NCBI RefSeq assembly: GCF_000143415.4
Contig: NW_003314338.1
Span: 614,216 to 678,215 of the forward strand
Source of the DNA: Selaginella moellendorffii
Taxonomy: Eukaryota > Plantae > Lycopodiophyta
Reading direction: 5' to 3'
DNA: 64,000 nt
Under the pieces are notes generated by a model. That model was not told the origin of the DNA and ran no database searches. It worked only from the letters and a program-made list of their open reading frames with translations. Shown here piece after piece: positions 51,617-63,658 of the stretch. The position numbers were made by a program, and so were the translations under genes. How positions within the stretch are numbered: position 1 is the stretch's first letter; each line of letters opens with the position of its first letter.

Positions 51617-54600
51617 TCAACTAGTTTTCCAGCATTTTGTTACTGTGTCCAGGATTGAGTTTGAAATACCTTCTGCAGAAGCAATGCGCCTCAATTGCTC
51701 CTAAACGCATAGAATATAAAAATAAAATGTAACTTCTTGAAAGCCTTACCTTGGCCAGCGTTTGTCGCTTGGCATCAAACCTCCACAAATTTGCTAATGC
51801 AGAAGAAAGTGAAAGTGACAAAGCCTTAACAGACCAAAAGAGATTAGAACAAGAGAGATAAACATAATTTGGCTGGGTTCATAGGATTAAAAATTACCTT
51901 GGGATGGAACTTTCCAACTTCGATCACAAAGTCGGCCATGAACTCATAACCAGATCCATCCTTGGCATGGAAGTTGACAATGCAGCTAAAGAAGCCTCCC
52001 AAAAGAGCAGAAACCTGGAAAGGACTTAGTGCTTACAAACAAAATAGTTTTCAACCTTTGTGACATCCCGAGGATCGAAACAAGGGTGGTGTAAAAGTTG
52101 TCTCACAAGCTCCACGTTGTTTGGAGTATCAGCTGACGTTTGGAGATGGATCCACTTGTTTACAACCTGGAACAAGCTTCGATATATGTTTTCCGTCTTT
52201 CACAAAGAACATGTACATACCAGGCGCTCGTGTTTCCATTTCTCGTAAAAAGATGCCAGGATTTTCTCTCGCTCCTGTCCAGGATTTTGAGAGATTGCCG
52301 ACAAAGCTCCCAAAAGATCAGTCAAGTTTGTGGCGTTGTCAAGCTCTTCGCATGCCAGTTCTAGTGTTTCTTGATCATTTAGAGATGCAAGATAATCTGC
52401 AAAACTCTGAGTGAAAAAAAGAAAAAGAAAATGGAAATAGGAATGAAGCTGCTTACAGAGTGCCGCATTTTTTAGGTCGCGCTTGCCTTTGCTTTCGGGG
52501 TTGAACTCAAAAGCAGGCTCCGAGGATCGGTTCTCCTTTACCTGTTACCATTCCTTATACAAGAAGTTCTTGTGAATTTGCTGTAACTTACCACTCGCAT
52601 GAAGTCTTGTTTGAGCTCTGTAGCCAAACATTTTATCAAAAAACGTCGGACAAAGTGGCAAGCGTCCGGATCTGCAACTTCGGTCATCTCCAGAAGCTCC
52701 TTATCATCTGGTAGAGTGATCACAAGAGCGACAAACTCCTGCGAATGCCTTGTGCTTAAGTCAAGATTCTACATAGAAAGAGGAATATTACCTTGTTTAA
52801 GGTTGGGATGCTTAGAATGGTTTTGATCGCATGGGTGTAAGCCAGTGGAGTTGTAAGCTCTTGACCATTTTGAAAACTTGTGGTCATGTCCAGTATCAAA
52901 CTTTTGGCAATCCTTTGGCCAGCATCCCACCTTGAAACGAAAACAATCTTGCATGCTGATAATAGGTTTTTTCCACGAAGATTACCTGTTAAAATCATTC
53001 GAGTCGTTTGCAAAGAGGAAGTATAACTCCTCCTCTCTAAGGTCTGGTGTTATCAAACGCACTGGAGCACTAAAGCTCCTCAAATAAGACGGAACTGGCT
53101 TCTCTTTCACGTCCAAGAATGTAAATTCGTGTTCCGTCTGCATTATCAGTCAGGAACGTTCTAAATAGATTAAAAAATGGAAAGCCGAACCTGTTCTACC
53201 CGAAGAAGAGCTGTTATTGCGCCAGTACTCTCGTTATGCTCAACTGTTGGAGACGATTCAATACCATCGACTAGAACCCTTGACAAAGGAATATCTCGTC
53301 CTTGGCTGTTTAGTAGACCCACGGCTAGAGGAATCAGTAGAGGACTTTTATCAGCTTGTCCTGGTGTTGGAGCTGTTTCCTGCCTGCCAAAAGTCCACAA
53401 AGTCTATCGCAAATATACTTAAAAATACGATGTTTTCTTACCGGCATTTTACAGTAAAGGTTGACGCTTGTGGATTATAAAACGAACTGATCTTCAAGCA
53501 TGGAGTTCCGGCCTGCGTATACCTGAATTCACACTATTCTTTTTCCATTTGCCGTAAAACTTGAAACGTTACCATAGCATAAAGGATGAGAGGTCGTCCA
53601 AGTTGGCATCACACATAGCCTGGTAAAAATCTTCGCATGTTGCTGCGTGACCGTCATGTCTTTCAATATATAACTTAAACCCCTGCGAAAGAAAAAATAT
53701 TTGCACAGCTTTTTTATGTTAAATGAAATGCTAAACCTTTAGAAATCCAGACTTTCCCAGCAATGTTTGGTAAAGACCAATGACTTGAGCTCCCTGAAAA
53801 ATAAAACATATAAATAATAACTACAAGAACAATAGCAATAATGACAATGTGCTCACCTTTTCATAAACCGTTGCTGGGACAGTGGTAGTGTTTCTATTTA
53901 ATATTTTATGCATAAGCAAAGAGTTCTAAGCTCACCTGTGTATAAGTTGTCAACCTGAACACATGATAGGAACATAAACCATAAGAATTTAGCAAATGAA
54001 TGACACATACCTCAACATAAGATGCTGGCCTGACTGGATGAGCAAATGGACCCGTGTCCTGTAAGTTTACAACAAGAATCAAAGAACTGGAATGGTTGTT
54101 ATACTTTCACCTCTTGGAATTGACGCTTTCGCAACGAACTCGCCGCTGCAATAGTTCGCACGGATCGGCATCCCATGTCGGAGAGAAACTCGAGCTCTCT
54201 AAAGTCTGTAAGGCCTTCCTTGAGAGATATCTGGAACCAGTCCCTGCAAGTCACTCTGGAGGCATGGCTTTGTAAGGAGGAGAAAGGAATTGACCAAAAG
54301 TGTGAAGTACCTGTTGCCAGTCCAGTTGTGAAAGAACTATAGAGGAGTTATAGGAAGAAAAGAGGTATATAATATGTCTACCTCATGGGCAACAATGCCC
54401 ATCAAGAATTGTATGTCAGCATCCGTGCTTGTCCATTGTGATACAAGCAAGAACTTGGCGTTAAAAATCTACACCACGGACTTGTCAACTACTATTACAA
54501 AAGCATGATACTTACATTTAAGCTTTTGTTTTCCATGGCACCCCTGGAAACCAAAAGAAATCAGAAAATTAAGCCAGTTCTAGAGAGCAAGAATACTTAC

Positions 54601-55706
54601 ATAAAAGCATCTGGTACCGAGACAACATTGAAATTGTCAAGGTCGTATTCCAGGCCATAAACCTGAGAGACAATTATCTAGAGATGAGCAATATAGAAGC
54701 ACAACAACTTACATCCTCGTCCCATTTCATTGCGGATTTTAGCACCGCCATTGCAAATTCAGTCTTTGCAACGTCCTCGGAGGGTGACCAAATGTTTAGC
54801 TTGACAAGTTGTCCGGAGCGAGTCGTGAATTTGTCCTGTCGAGCCTCAAACTTGCCGGCCACCAGCGCGAAAAGATAGCACGGTTTTGGAAACGGATCTG
54901 ACCAAACGCTGTAATGCTTGTCATTATTCTGGAAGGAAAAAAACCTCAATGAAATTGACCACCAAAAAGAAAGTGGAATGAACTCACGTCAAGTTGGCCC
55001 GACTCAACCAAGTTTCCATTAGAAAGGAGAACAGGAAACTTATCTTTAGATGCTTCGATTCTCACAGTGAACTTGGCCAAAACATCGGGACGATCCTGAG
55101 AAATTTTGTTAGATATCGTCCTGGCAACTTTACAAATTATATTCCAGACCTGGTAAAACGTGATTTTGCTAAAGCCCGCGCTCTCACACTGCGTCACGAA
55201 ATAGCCATTGCTGGAGCTGTAGTAGAGTCCCTAAAGCAGTTGTCTATGATGTTTAGCTAAACCGAAAGTACTTACGTACCTCATCGTTGTTGAGCTTTTG
55301 CAAAGGATAAATCTCTGTAACAATTTCCAGTCTGAACGGATTCTTGGGAGGCGCAAGAAGTGTGAGGTTGGACGACGTGAGCTCCACATCTTGGGCCTCT
55401 AGGCCATTGATTTTGACATAGACGAGCTTCAAATTCGATCCATCCAGCACAAGAGGAACTGACTCTTTGATAGAAGAACAAAGTCTGTCAAGAACAGGAA
55501 AAAGAGATAAAAACAAACCCACCGGAAGACTTTGGTACGACAAGGATCGAGCTTCGCACGCTTGTAACATTTTCCCCGAGATCGAAGCTTAAACTCACCT
55601 GGAGAAAACGAGTAGGAAACTGGGGCGTTGTGATTAAGAGACTTACGAAATCAAATGTATAGTCTGGAGCTCTGTAGTCGCTAAGAAACTTCATCACACT
55701 TTTCAT
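51617..55706 (-). CDS. M1 family aminopeptidase N (PepN-type), more than 20 short exons
   Basis: Spliced reading gives [89 protein letters not shown] (HExxH...E), TVYEKGA, SFSAPV, RWDAGQ. Stop TGA at 51617-51619. Not every splice site was verified. Confidence 0.93.
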
Positions 55707-55949
55707 CCAAGAAACCTAAAGTTCTTTACATAGCTTCTCAAAGGTTAGATATGTCTTCTGCACAACAAGCATAAACAATGGCGCTGCCTACTTTGTGTAC
55801 GTCAAAGTCTTCTTCGTTTACAAAATGTGGCCTACTGTGTGCTCTCAGAGGGTGTGCTTGCTTCTCTAGCCTCACTCTCTCGCTCGCTCACTCGATCCCT
55901 CCTGGACTCCCGATCCGTCCTGGGCAAGCTCGCTGAACTCACTCGAGAG

Positions 55950-56831
55950 ATGAAGACGATGGTGGTCTTTTTTCTGGCTTTGGTGTTCGTTCTTGCAGAC
56001 TCTTATAGCTACGAGCTGGTAGATACTCGCAACGGGACTAGTCCATGCCCTGCTGCTCGATGCATCCTGCCCGCACCGGCATCGTGGTTTGCTGCCAGTC
56101 TGGACGACGCCACCTGGCAATTGGCTGCGAAATCGTATTCTCCTCTCCTACAAGCGTCTTTTCGCAACATCTCTGCCGTCGACAGTGGAGTGGTGCTTCC
56201 CACCTCTCTCGCTGTTGGAGCATCGATCACAATTCCCATCCTTGACGACAAGCTTCCTCACCGCCGCTTTCTCTCCAATCGCTCATCCTTCCTTCCTGAC
56301 GCTGCCAATGTTGCTGGCTTTCTAGTGGCGATGGGATACGGGCCGGGATCATCCAACCAATACTTCAGCGTCATGGTTCAGGCTTACCAAGCCTATTGTG
56401 GTGGTAAAGCCATAGCTGGGGAGGTACGTGCTTGTTTCGCTTCTAAGAGTTCTATGGACACTTACGTCAAGAGAAATTTCCCGAAAGCCAAATTTGTCAA
56501 ACTTGCAAAGTTCCAGAGCTCTCCAACCAAGATCACACTCACCCGCATTGACAACATGCCTGCTATCCAAACCATCTGCCACAAGATTGTCTTCCCATAT
56601 GCTGTCTACTCGTGCCATAAGATTGACAACACGATTGCAATCTACGTAGAAGGGTACATCAGCCAGAAGCCTACTGAAAAGGAGGTAGCTGTACTCATTT
56701 GTCACGAGGACACATCTAGCTTCTCTCGAGATTCTCCGTCTCTGAGGGCGCTCAACATGAGGCCGGGAGAAGGAGCCTTTTGTCATTTCTATGCTGAGAA
56801 TGACTTACTTGCGATCCAGTCTTCACCATGA
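55950..56831 (+). CDS. Secreted BURP-domain protein (293 aa, intronless)
   Basis: Signal peptide MKTMVVFFLALVFVLADS. Four CH dipeptides with BURP-like spacing (CHKIVFPYAVYSCH...CHEDTS...CHF). Confidence 0.9.
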   Translation: MKTMVVFFLALVFVLADSYSYELVDTRNGTSPCPAARCILPAPASWFAASLDDATWQLAAKSYSPLLQASFRNISAVDSGVVLPTSLAVGASITIPILDDKLPHRRFLSNRSSFLPDAANVAGFLVAMGYGPGSSNQYFSVMVQAYQAYCGGKAIAGEVRACFASKSSMDTYVKRNFPKAKFVKLAKFQSSPTKITLTRIDNMPAIQTICHKIVFPYAVYSCHKIDNTIAIYVEGYISQKPTEKEVAVLICHEDTSSFSRDSPSLRALNMRPGEGAFCHFYAENDLLAIQSSP

Positions 56832-57059
56832 TCACTCAAGACGCTCGACAAGAATAAGTTTAAACCACGCACTGTTTCAAGAAGGCTATGTATACTTGCA
56901 ACTGTCCACATCACCTCCACGTCTTACAATGTTTCAATCTTTGTTTAAAACGAACATTAATTTGCTTTCATGTTTAGTAGCTCTCGCTACGTTGAACCAC
57001 ATTCTCAGCTGAGCAGCATAGAGCTCCTTGGTATGCTGTCTACAACACCTTTTGGAAAA

Positions 57060-57298
57060 ATAGACTAGATTAGTTACTACTAAACATGAAGGAACGAAAT
57101 TACAATATACGAATATGAAAGAAAGAAAAACGCGAACTTCACACATCAAACCAGAGTGGCAGCTTGGTGCGGATGCGATAACAATCAGCAGGCAGCGGTA
57201 CCACGTCAGGGAAGCGACGCTGTTCCTCAGTAGTGCCAATGTTGATCACCACCTTGATGCTCCTGCCTCGATCGTTACCAATACGCTGCACATACTCG
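57060..57298 (-). pseudogene. Third copy (3' tail only) of the eIF4A-like pseudo-helicase
   Basis: EYVQRIGNDRGRSIKVVINIGTTEEQRRFPDVVPLPADCYRIRTKLPLWFDV* plus the shared 3'UTR. Truncated at 57298. Confidence 0.9.
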
Positions 57299-57912
57299 CA
57301 CTGCCCGGGAAACAAAAGTGAACGTGGAGATTGTGGTGGAAGATTGAGTTCCAAGAGAAGCCGGGCTACCTTCACCAGATCAAAGGTTGTTTCTTCCAGG
57401 GAGTGTATGAACCAAAGAAGTAGAGAGTACCTTGAAAGACTTGTCAAAGAACAAGAATGAGAGGAAAGAAAAGAAAAAAGCAACAACGAGAGAGACAAGA
57501 GATTTTTCACAAGAAATCTGCCACTTATCTACGATCTTGAGAGCCCAAGAGTGAGGAGTACAAGTCTCTTTCCTAACAGTCCTGTTAGCAAGCAGGATAA
57601 TGATCAAGAACAAGAAAATGAGTGGCAGGACTTCCAGGCAAGGGATTTGTACTCTTTACTCTCGGGCTCTTAGGATCATGGACAAGTGGCAGATTTCTTG
57701 TGAGAAATTTCTTGTCTCTCTCTCATTGTTGCTTCTCTCTTATTTCCTTTTGTGTTTGTTCTTCGACAAGTCTTTCAAGGTACTCTCTACTTCTTTGGTT
57801 CATACACTCCCTAGAAGAAATAGCCTTTGATGTGGTGAAGGTAGCCTGGCTTCTCTTGGCACTCAATCTTCCACCACAATCTCCACGCTCGCTTTTGTTT
57901 CCCGGGCAATGC
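57298..57912. repeat. Fold-back palindrome (~270-bp arms, short spacer)
   Basis: gcactgcccgggaaacaaaag...gagtacaagtc and its reverse complement gatttgtactc...cttttgtttcccgggcaatgc. Mirrored ORFs 57233..57460 (+) and 57723..57917 (-). Confidence 0.9.
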
Positions 57913-58439
57913 ACCAAAAGATGTCATGAGACCATGATGACACACACAAGCTCTATGGAAGTCACTGTTACCTAGCCTCCTTTCTGCCACTTCAGCCAGC
58001 ACCTCAGCCAGCATCTGCACCCCCTACAGGTTGGACAACTCACACAGATTTGCTGATCTTGAGCAATCCTTGCTGCGTTGCACTCCTCAATCATCCATAG
58101 TTACCATTGCACTGCCAACTTTCATTCCACATGTTCCAAGGTTGTTGGACAAGGCATTTCTTCCAGGAACTCACACTTTATTGTCATTCCTTTCCGAAAG
58201 ATTAATTCCAAAAACTATAAAGAATAGAACATTTGAAAAAAAAGAAAGAGAATGTGGAGAATGCTGGTGGCAGTTCCTCACTCAATCTGACATCTCTTTA
58301 AATTCTGTATGATACATCTAACTAGTTTCTTAACTATAATCTCGACTGTGCTCTTACTGTTTCAATCAAACTACACTTTGGATTCCAAACATTGATTTAA
58401 ATGCTAAACTCGCAAAACATGCTTTATAACTTTCGAAGA

Positions 58440-59620
58440 GCTAGGGGCAAACCTTCCTCGTCGCAACATACGCATTCCGAGTCTTGTGAATGTGGCAGAA
58501 CGAATCCCTCGCTCGTCCACCAGCATCTCCCTTGGCACTCATGAACTTTCCCATCGAAGTAGCTGCCGCAAAGCTCAGCGCCTCGCGAATGCTGCGTGAA
58601 CGTCTCTTGGGGACCCCGGAGAAACGCCTCCACCTCGGGATGACCCGGAAGTGTTGCCAAAGGTTGACACCACCTGTGTGGATCCGGCTCCTGCAGCTTC
58701 GAGAGCTCGTTGATCCTCTCCTGGGCTATGTCGCACAGAGCCTTCTTCCCTGCTTCGCTCGCCCTTGCTCGATGGCCTCCATCTCTCAAACTTCTGCCAC
58801 AAAGTTCTCGGACTTGTGGATCTTGAGATTGAGTACCAAGCTTTCCAGCAGTGTGGCGTTGTAACACGTCCATCACGTCGATTGCGAGCTCTGCCACCTC
58901 TGGATGATTCAAGTCCCTGGTTGTGACCACCCCACACAGCTTCACGAGATGCGAATGGAGATAAGCATCCTGCTTCCAGCAAAAGCATTGAGCAGCGTCT
59001 TGCTCCCACAGGTTGATGAGCAGCTCACAAAGGTCTTGTTCCGGCTCTGTGGAAAATGTAGTCGACGAAGATTGGAATTTCGTCCACCTTCAGAGCAAAA
59101 AGCATCCCAGCTATCGAGACTGTGGGAGAAGACGTAAAAGAAACTGAGAGTCTTCGCGGCGACTTCCAAGGCCCCCTCAATGGATCCAGCCGCAACGAGA
59201 TTGCGTGGAAGTGTTGCGTACCGGTCTAGCTCAGTGGAACTCCGGAGAAGCTTCAAAACGAGATCTCTCGAGACATCCCATCCCAGAAACTTGGCGGCTT
59301 GAGCAACCACCTTTGCAACCTCATCGGACTTGATCCCTTCGAAAGATATCTCGTTCACTCCCATGTAATGATTGTAGGAGCGACTTTTCAGTCCCAGCAC
59401 CCCGATCACCCGATAAACTTTGGAATCACCCTTGGCCAAGCGGCAAAACCTTCTCTCCCTCAGCTTCTATTCCACCATGTCTAGTCCTTTTTCAAGTCCT
59501 GCCTGGCAAACGAGCTCGATGGTCCTGCGTTTCGGCCAAAACACCACTGCAGCACATGATCCACCCCATAATAGGACGTTGATGTTGGAGCACACACTTG
59601 GATACATTGCGAGCGACCTA
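58440..59620 (-). pseudogene. Frameshifted C-terminal part of an uncharacterised protein resembling the C-terminal region of 2OG-Fe(II) oxygenase-associated proteins
   Basis: Motifs AAVVFWPKRR, WCQPLATLPGHPEVEAFLRGP and, in another frame, SIREALSFAA...GGRARDSFCHIHKT. Several frame changes are needed. Family identity is recalled, not searched. Confidence 0.5.
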
Positions 59621-59734
59621 GGTGTTGCTTGAAAAGGAGGGGCGGCTTGTTTCTCATTCCTTTCAATAAAATGCATTCTTGAGTGGCGAATGAGTCCTAC
59701 CGTCTATGGTTCTTTGCAAAACTTCCAAAAAAAT

Positions 59735-59935
59735 TTAAGTTTTACAACATCTATGGCACTTCATGCAAAACTCCATTCCACATCTGGTATGTGTTCTTCG
59801 TTCTTGATAGCCAACTTTCATTGGCAACTTTTTTCCATTGTTTCCAGCTACGAGAGTGAAAAATGCCTCATAGTTGAGCTCAAAGAAATTCTCCATACTG
59901 AGGTAATACGGAGTTCTTTCTTCATGCTTACTCAA
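59735..59935 (-). pseudogene. Possible IBR/RBR E3-ligase fragment
   Basis: RTHTRCGMEFCMKCH resembles the HxxCxCGxEFCxxC pattern. Other cysteines are missing. Confidence 0.3.
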
Positions 59936-60507
59936 ATAAACCTTGGATTTTGCAGGCTGATTTCAAGTATGTGGATGGTGCTGGCATGGTACCATCCAAG
60001 TCTTCCAAGCTAGCCCTCTGTTTCTATCACCCGGTTCTGAACTCTGCTTTCTTCATAGGATGTTGGGTTCATTGAGACTACAAGGCATGGGGTTCTAGGC
60101 GACCATTGCAGTCTACTAAGATCAAACGAGGTGTTCTTCCTCCTCAAAGACATCCTAGAGATCAAAGATGAAGAGAAGAAGCTTGTGGTTCACACTACCC
60201 TGCACAAGTCTGAGGAAGTGATCAAGAAACAAGCACGCTTTTGTCTCAGTGACACTGCCATCTCCCACAAGAACAGTGCATGGGACACAAACTCCGAGGA
60301 TAGCCAAGACTACAACAGTGGTAGCGAGAGCAAGGACAACACTGAAAACTCAGTAGTATTCACCATCAACACTGAGGATGCTAGAGCTCAAGCTCACGGT
60401 AAAACCACACCTCATAAGCCACATGAAGGCAAGCTCCATCACCTCAGCATTTTTGTCGCTGGTGTTGCAGAAGGAAGTGATTGAGAAAAGGCCACCATCA
60501 CAGTGGA

Positions 60508-61638
60508 TGTAGTGCATGTGGTTTTGACCTTTTATCCTATGGTGATTTACCATAGGATAACACTACGAAGCGGAACCTAAACCGTCTTTATGCCACGTGA
60601 CAGATGCCATGTGTCACATGCCATGTATCCAAAGGAACATGGTGCGGAACCTGAGGTTTAGGGCCTTGGGCCACTAAACAAAGGAACGGTGCCAAACTCC
60701 CAAGTGTAGAGCCAAGGAGTGATAGAACCGAACCACAAAGCACCGAGCATAAAGCCTAAGGAGCGAAGGGATAGGAGCCTGGAGCGATTTGGAACAGTCC
60801 TAGAGTAACCAGCGTCCCAATGCCAAGACTAGCACGCAAAACAGAGCAAAACAGAGTTTAGTGCTATTTTGACATACCGGTGGCCTAATGCAAGGACATG
60901 GGTACTCCACGAGCTAGCATGGAATGGAACTTAGGCTTAGACCCAAGCCGGACGCAGAACAAAGATAGGCACGCAAGAGGGAGCTAGACTATGCCTCAGG
61001 TTGGTCGGCCATGCCCGACCTACCCACTATCCCTACTATACATTTGGACCCCCCCCCCCTTGAGGAACACATGTTTTGGGCTTTCACCCCAAGCCTCCCT
61101 TAGTATCAAGAGTTAGTTTCTGGGACAAGCTCGAAACTTACTAAATATGGAATGTCCTTAGATTGCAAATTTGGACATGGGACGAACACCATTGTGTTCA
61201 GCTCAATCTCTACATTCCGTAGATATGTCAAATGAGCAAATCTAGATACTTTCCATAAATAGCATTTGGGACCGGAATGAGACTAACACAAAGGGCATGA
61301 TAGCGAGGGTGTTTGGCAGACACAATAAGCTATCATCCAGCATTATTGAGGGACTAGTCTCAATACGCGAGGGTTCTTGTCAAGCCAGTGTAAGACAGAG
61401 TAAAAGAGAATTAAAAAGCCGGGCTAAGTATGCTTGACTAAATAGACATTTAGGAATTCAGTCTTTATGCTCATCCGGCCAAATATAGATGCAAAGTCCA
61501 GTTTACTAACACTTGAACAAGAGGGATTAATAAAGGGTCCAGCAATACCGACCTCCTGCCATTGTGGCAGTAAGGTAAGAGTGTCCATAAGGACTAGCCG
61601 ACAGGTAACTTTCGATACCCGAAGTCACATTTGCGACA
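60508..61638 (-). mobile_element. Solo LTR, family B
   Basis: tgtagtgca...tttgcgaca with perfect TSD GTGGA on both sides. Confidence 0.95.
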
Positions 61639-61775
61639 GTGGAGAAAGCTATAGCTTCCACCACTGCCAAGCTCATAACATTGTAAAATATGGAAAAATA
61701 TTGTTTAAATTTTGTCAAAATGATGTTCGTGTCTTCTTTCCGAAGGTTTAGGTAGTTTCTAGGTTGAGATAATAT

Positions 61776-62145
61776 TGTCGTGAATATGACTTTAAGTATC
61801 AAAAGGTAATTATTGGCTAGTTTTTACGAACACTCTCTCTTTATTACCATGACAGCAAAAAGTCAGTACTATTGATTCCCTTTATTAGCCCTCTTGTCCA
61901 AGTGTTAGTAAATTGGATTTAACATTTGCACTTGGTCAAATAAGCATAAAGAAAGAATTCTTAAGTGTTTATTTAATCAAATATATTTAGTTTGGCTTCT
62001 TAGTTTTCTTTTGCTTTATCTTGCACTAGTTTCACAAGAACTCTTGTGTATTGAGTTTAATCCCTCAATATTGCTATATAATAGCTTACCATATCTGGCA
62101 AACACCCTTATTATTATACCTTATGTGTAAGTTCTATTTTGTGTT
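61776..62145 (+). mobile_element. 5' fragment of an old family B-like LTR
   Basis: tgtcgtgaatatgactttaagtatcaaaagg..., homologous to the LTR start. Confidence 0.7.
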
Positions 62146-62199
62146 CTAGTAGATGATATCTTTGTGCGCTAGCACAAGAAATAAATTTTTCATTTCAAT

Positions 62200-62420
62200 A
62201 ACCATTCCATGATCTGCATATGTAGTGATCATCATTGTCCATAATACAAGACTTGTAGAAAGGCATCCCATCAAACAATTGCTGTGCCTCCTCTAGATCC
62301 TCAACTGCAACAATTGTTGCAATAGCAACATTCCAACTAACAAGATTTTTCACTAGGTTTTTCTCAAACACCCACCTGGCCTTGGAATAACTACAAATAA
62401 TGACACTGATGTTTGCTCTT
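62200..62420 (-). pseudogene. PPR protein fragment
   Basis: KARWVFEK...KNLVSWNVAI...DLEEAQQLFDGMP, then in a shifted frame LVLWTMMITTYADHG. These are PLS-type PPR motifs. Confidence 0.7.
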
Positions 62421-62792
62421 AGCCAATGGGAGGTGGCCAATTGCTTGGGCAAGAGAAGAAAGCATTATGACATATATAATATACAAAAGTGTTGATTGGC
62501 ATTGACATTCAACCTTTTGCAGTGGTGTTACGTAGATTTTATAATTCCCTCTAAGGAATTTGATAATTTTCTATGAAAAAAATATCCTATATTTATTTTT
62601 TCAATTCTTCTTTCAAAATGGAATATAATATATTTTATTTTGATACTATTTATATTTATTTTTTAATGTAATAAAACTATGATAATCAAAATAATTTTTG
62701 CTAATTGGGCAGGAGTTATTTTTATAAGAATGTTTAATTTAACAAGATCTGCACTAAATCTTTTATTAATATTCAAGTGCCCTAAGAACAGG

Positions 62793-62960
62793 ATGAGCGC
62801 TTCACAGGAAGTGGTGGAAGTGGAGGATGACTCCGGCGAGGAGGAGGAGGAGGCGGAAGCGATCCTGGTGGGTTGTCTCACGGTTAACATTGTGGGTCTG
62901 CAGTACTACCACGGCACGGTGACTAACGGTGAGATGGTCCAGCTTGTCCAAGAGCCTTGC
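62793..62960 (+). pseudogene. 5' fragment of an HLTF/Rad5-like SNF2 gene (HIRAN domain start)
   Basis: ILVGCLTVNIVGLQYYHGTVTNGEMVQLVQEP matches the HIRAN N-terminus (IVGxxYYxG...LxREP). Stop follows shortly. Confidence 0.7.
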
Positions 62961-63289
62961 CCGATTCAACATTCGCTTTAAGCAGCTCCAACTTATCCAC
63001 AGGAAGGCTCGTCTCGTTCACCACAATCCTCCTTGTCACGAAAACAGTGCGCTGTGATAGCGAAAAGCTATGTCCATTGAATCAAACTCCACGTCCATCA
63101 AGCTTTTGTGCTTGCGGTGCTTGAGATTTGAGCACTTAAACTGAAGAAACAAACCGTGAAGTCTCCTGATGATCCGAGAGCAATGGGAAAAGGGCTACGA
63201 CACAAAACCCTACATTTCTAAATAGTTCTTATACATTAACTTCCACGACAAAGAATTCTAGAGAACTTCTAGACGTTCGCCTCCACATA

Positions 63290-63440
63290 AGATTGCTGGT
63301 CAGATCAATCCAGAGTTTCCTGCATTTGAAAACGAACTTATCCACGAACTTACCAGCCAATTGCAAATGAGATCGTATTTGCCTTCGTACACAAACAGCT
63401 TGATGCCATCTTCCAGAAGAGCTGGCGGTTTATAAACCTG
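63290..63440 (-). pseudogene. Serine carboxypeptidase-like (carboxypeptidase Y type) exon fragment
   Basis: PALLEDGIKLFVYEGKYDLICNWL followed by a GTAAG donor and a next-exon start (G)NS, then a stop. Confidence 0.75.
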
Positions 63441-63658
63441 CAAAGCCAGCACTAAGCAAAACCCAGCAGAGAGAAAAAGACTGAAAACGCTTCTTTGAAT
63501 GGACTGCCATCAGTGCCTTAGTATTCTTGCATAATTTAGAAAAAACCGTGAACTTGAATAATAAAGTATCATCTACTAAACTACCAGCTTGAATAGTAGT
63601 TTTTACAGTGATCTTTTATTATACTCTTCTGGATAAGACATTTTAAAAGAAATAGATC

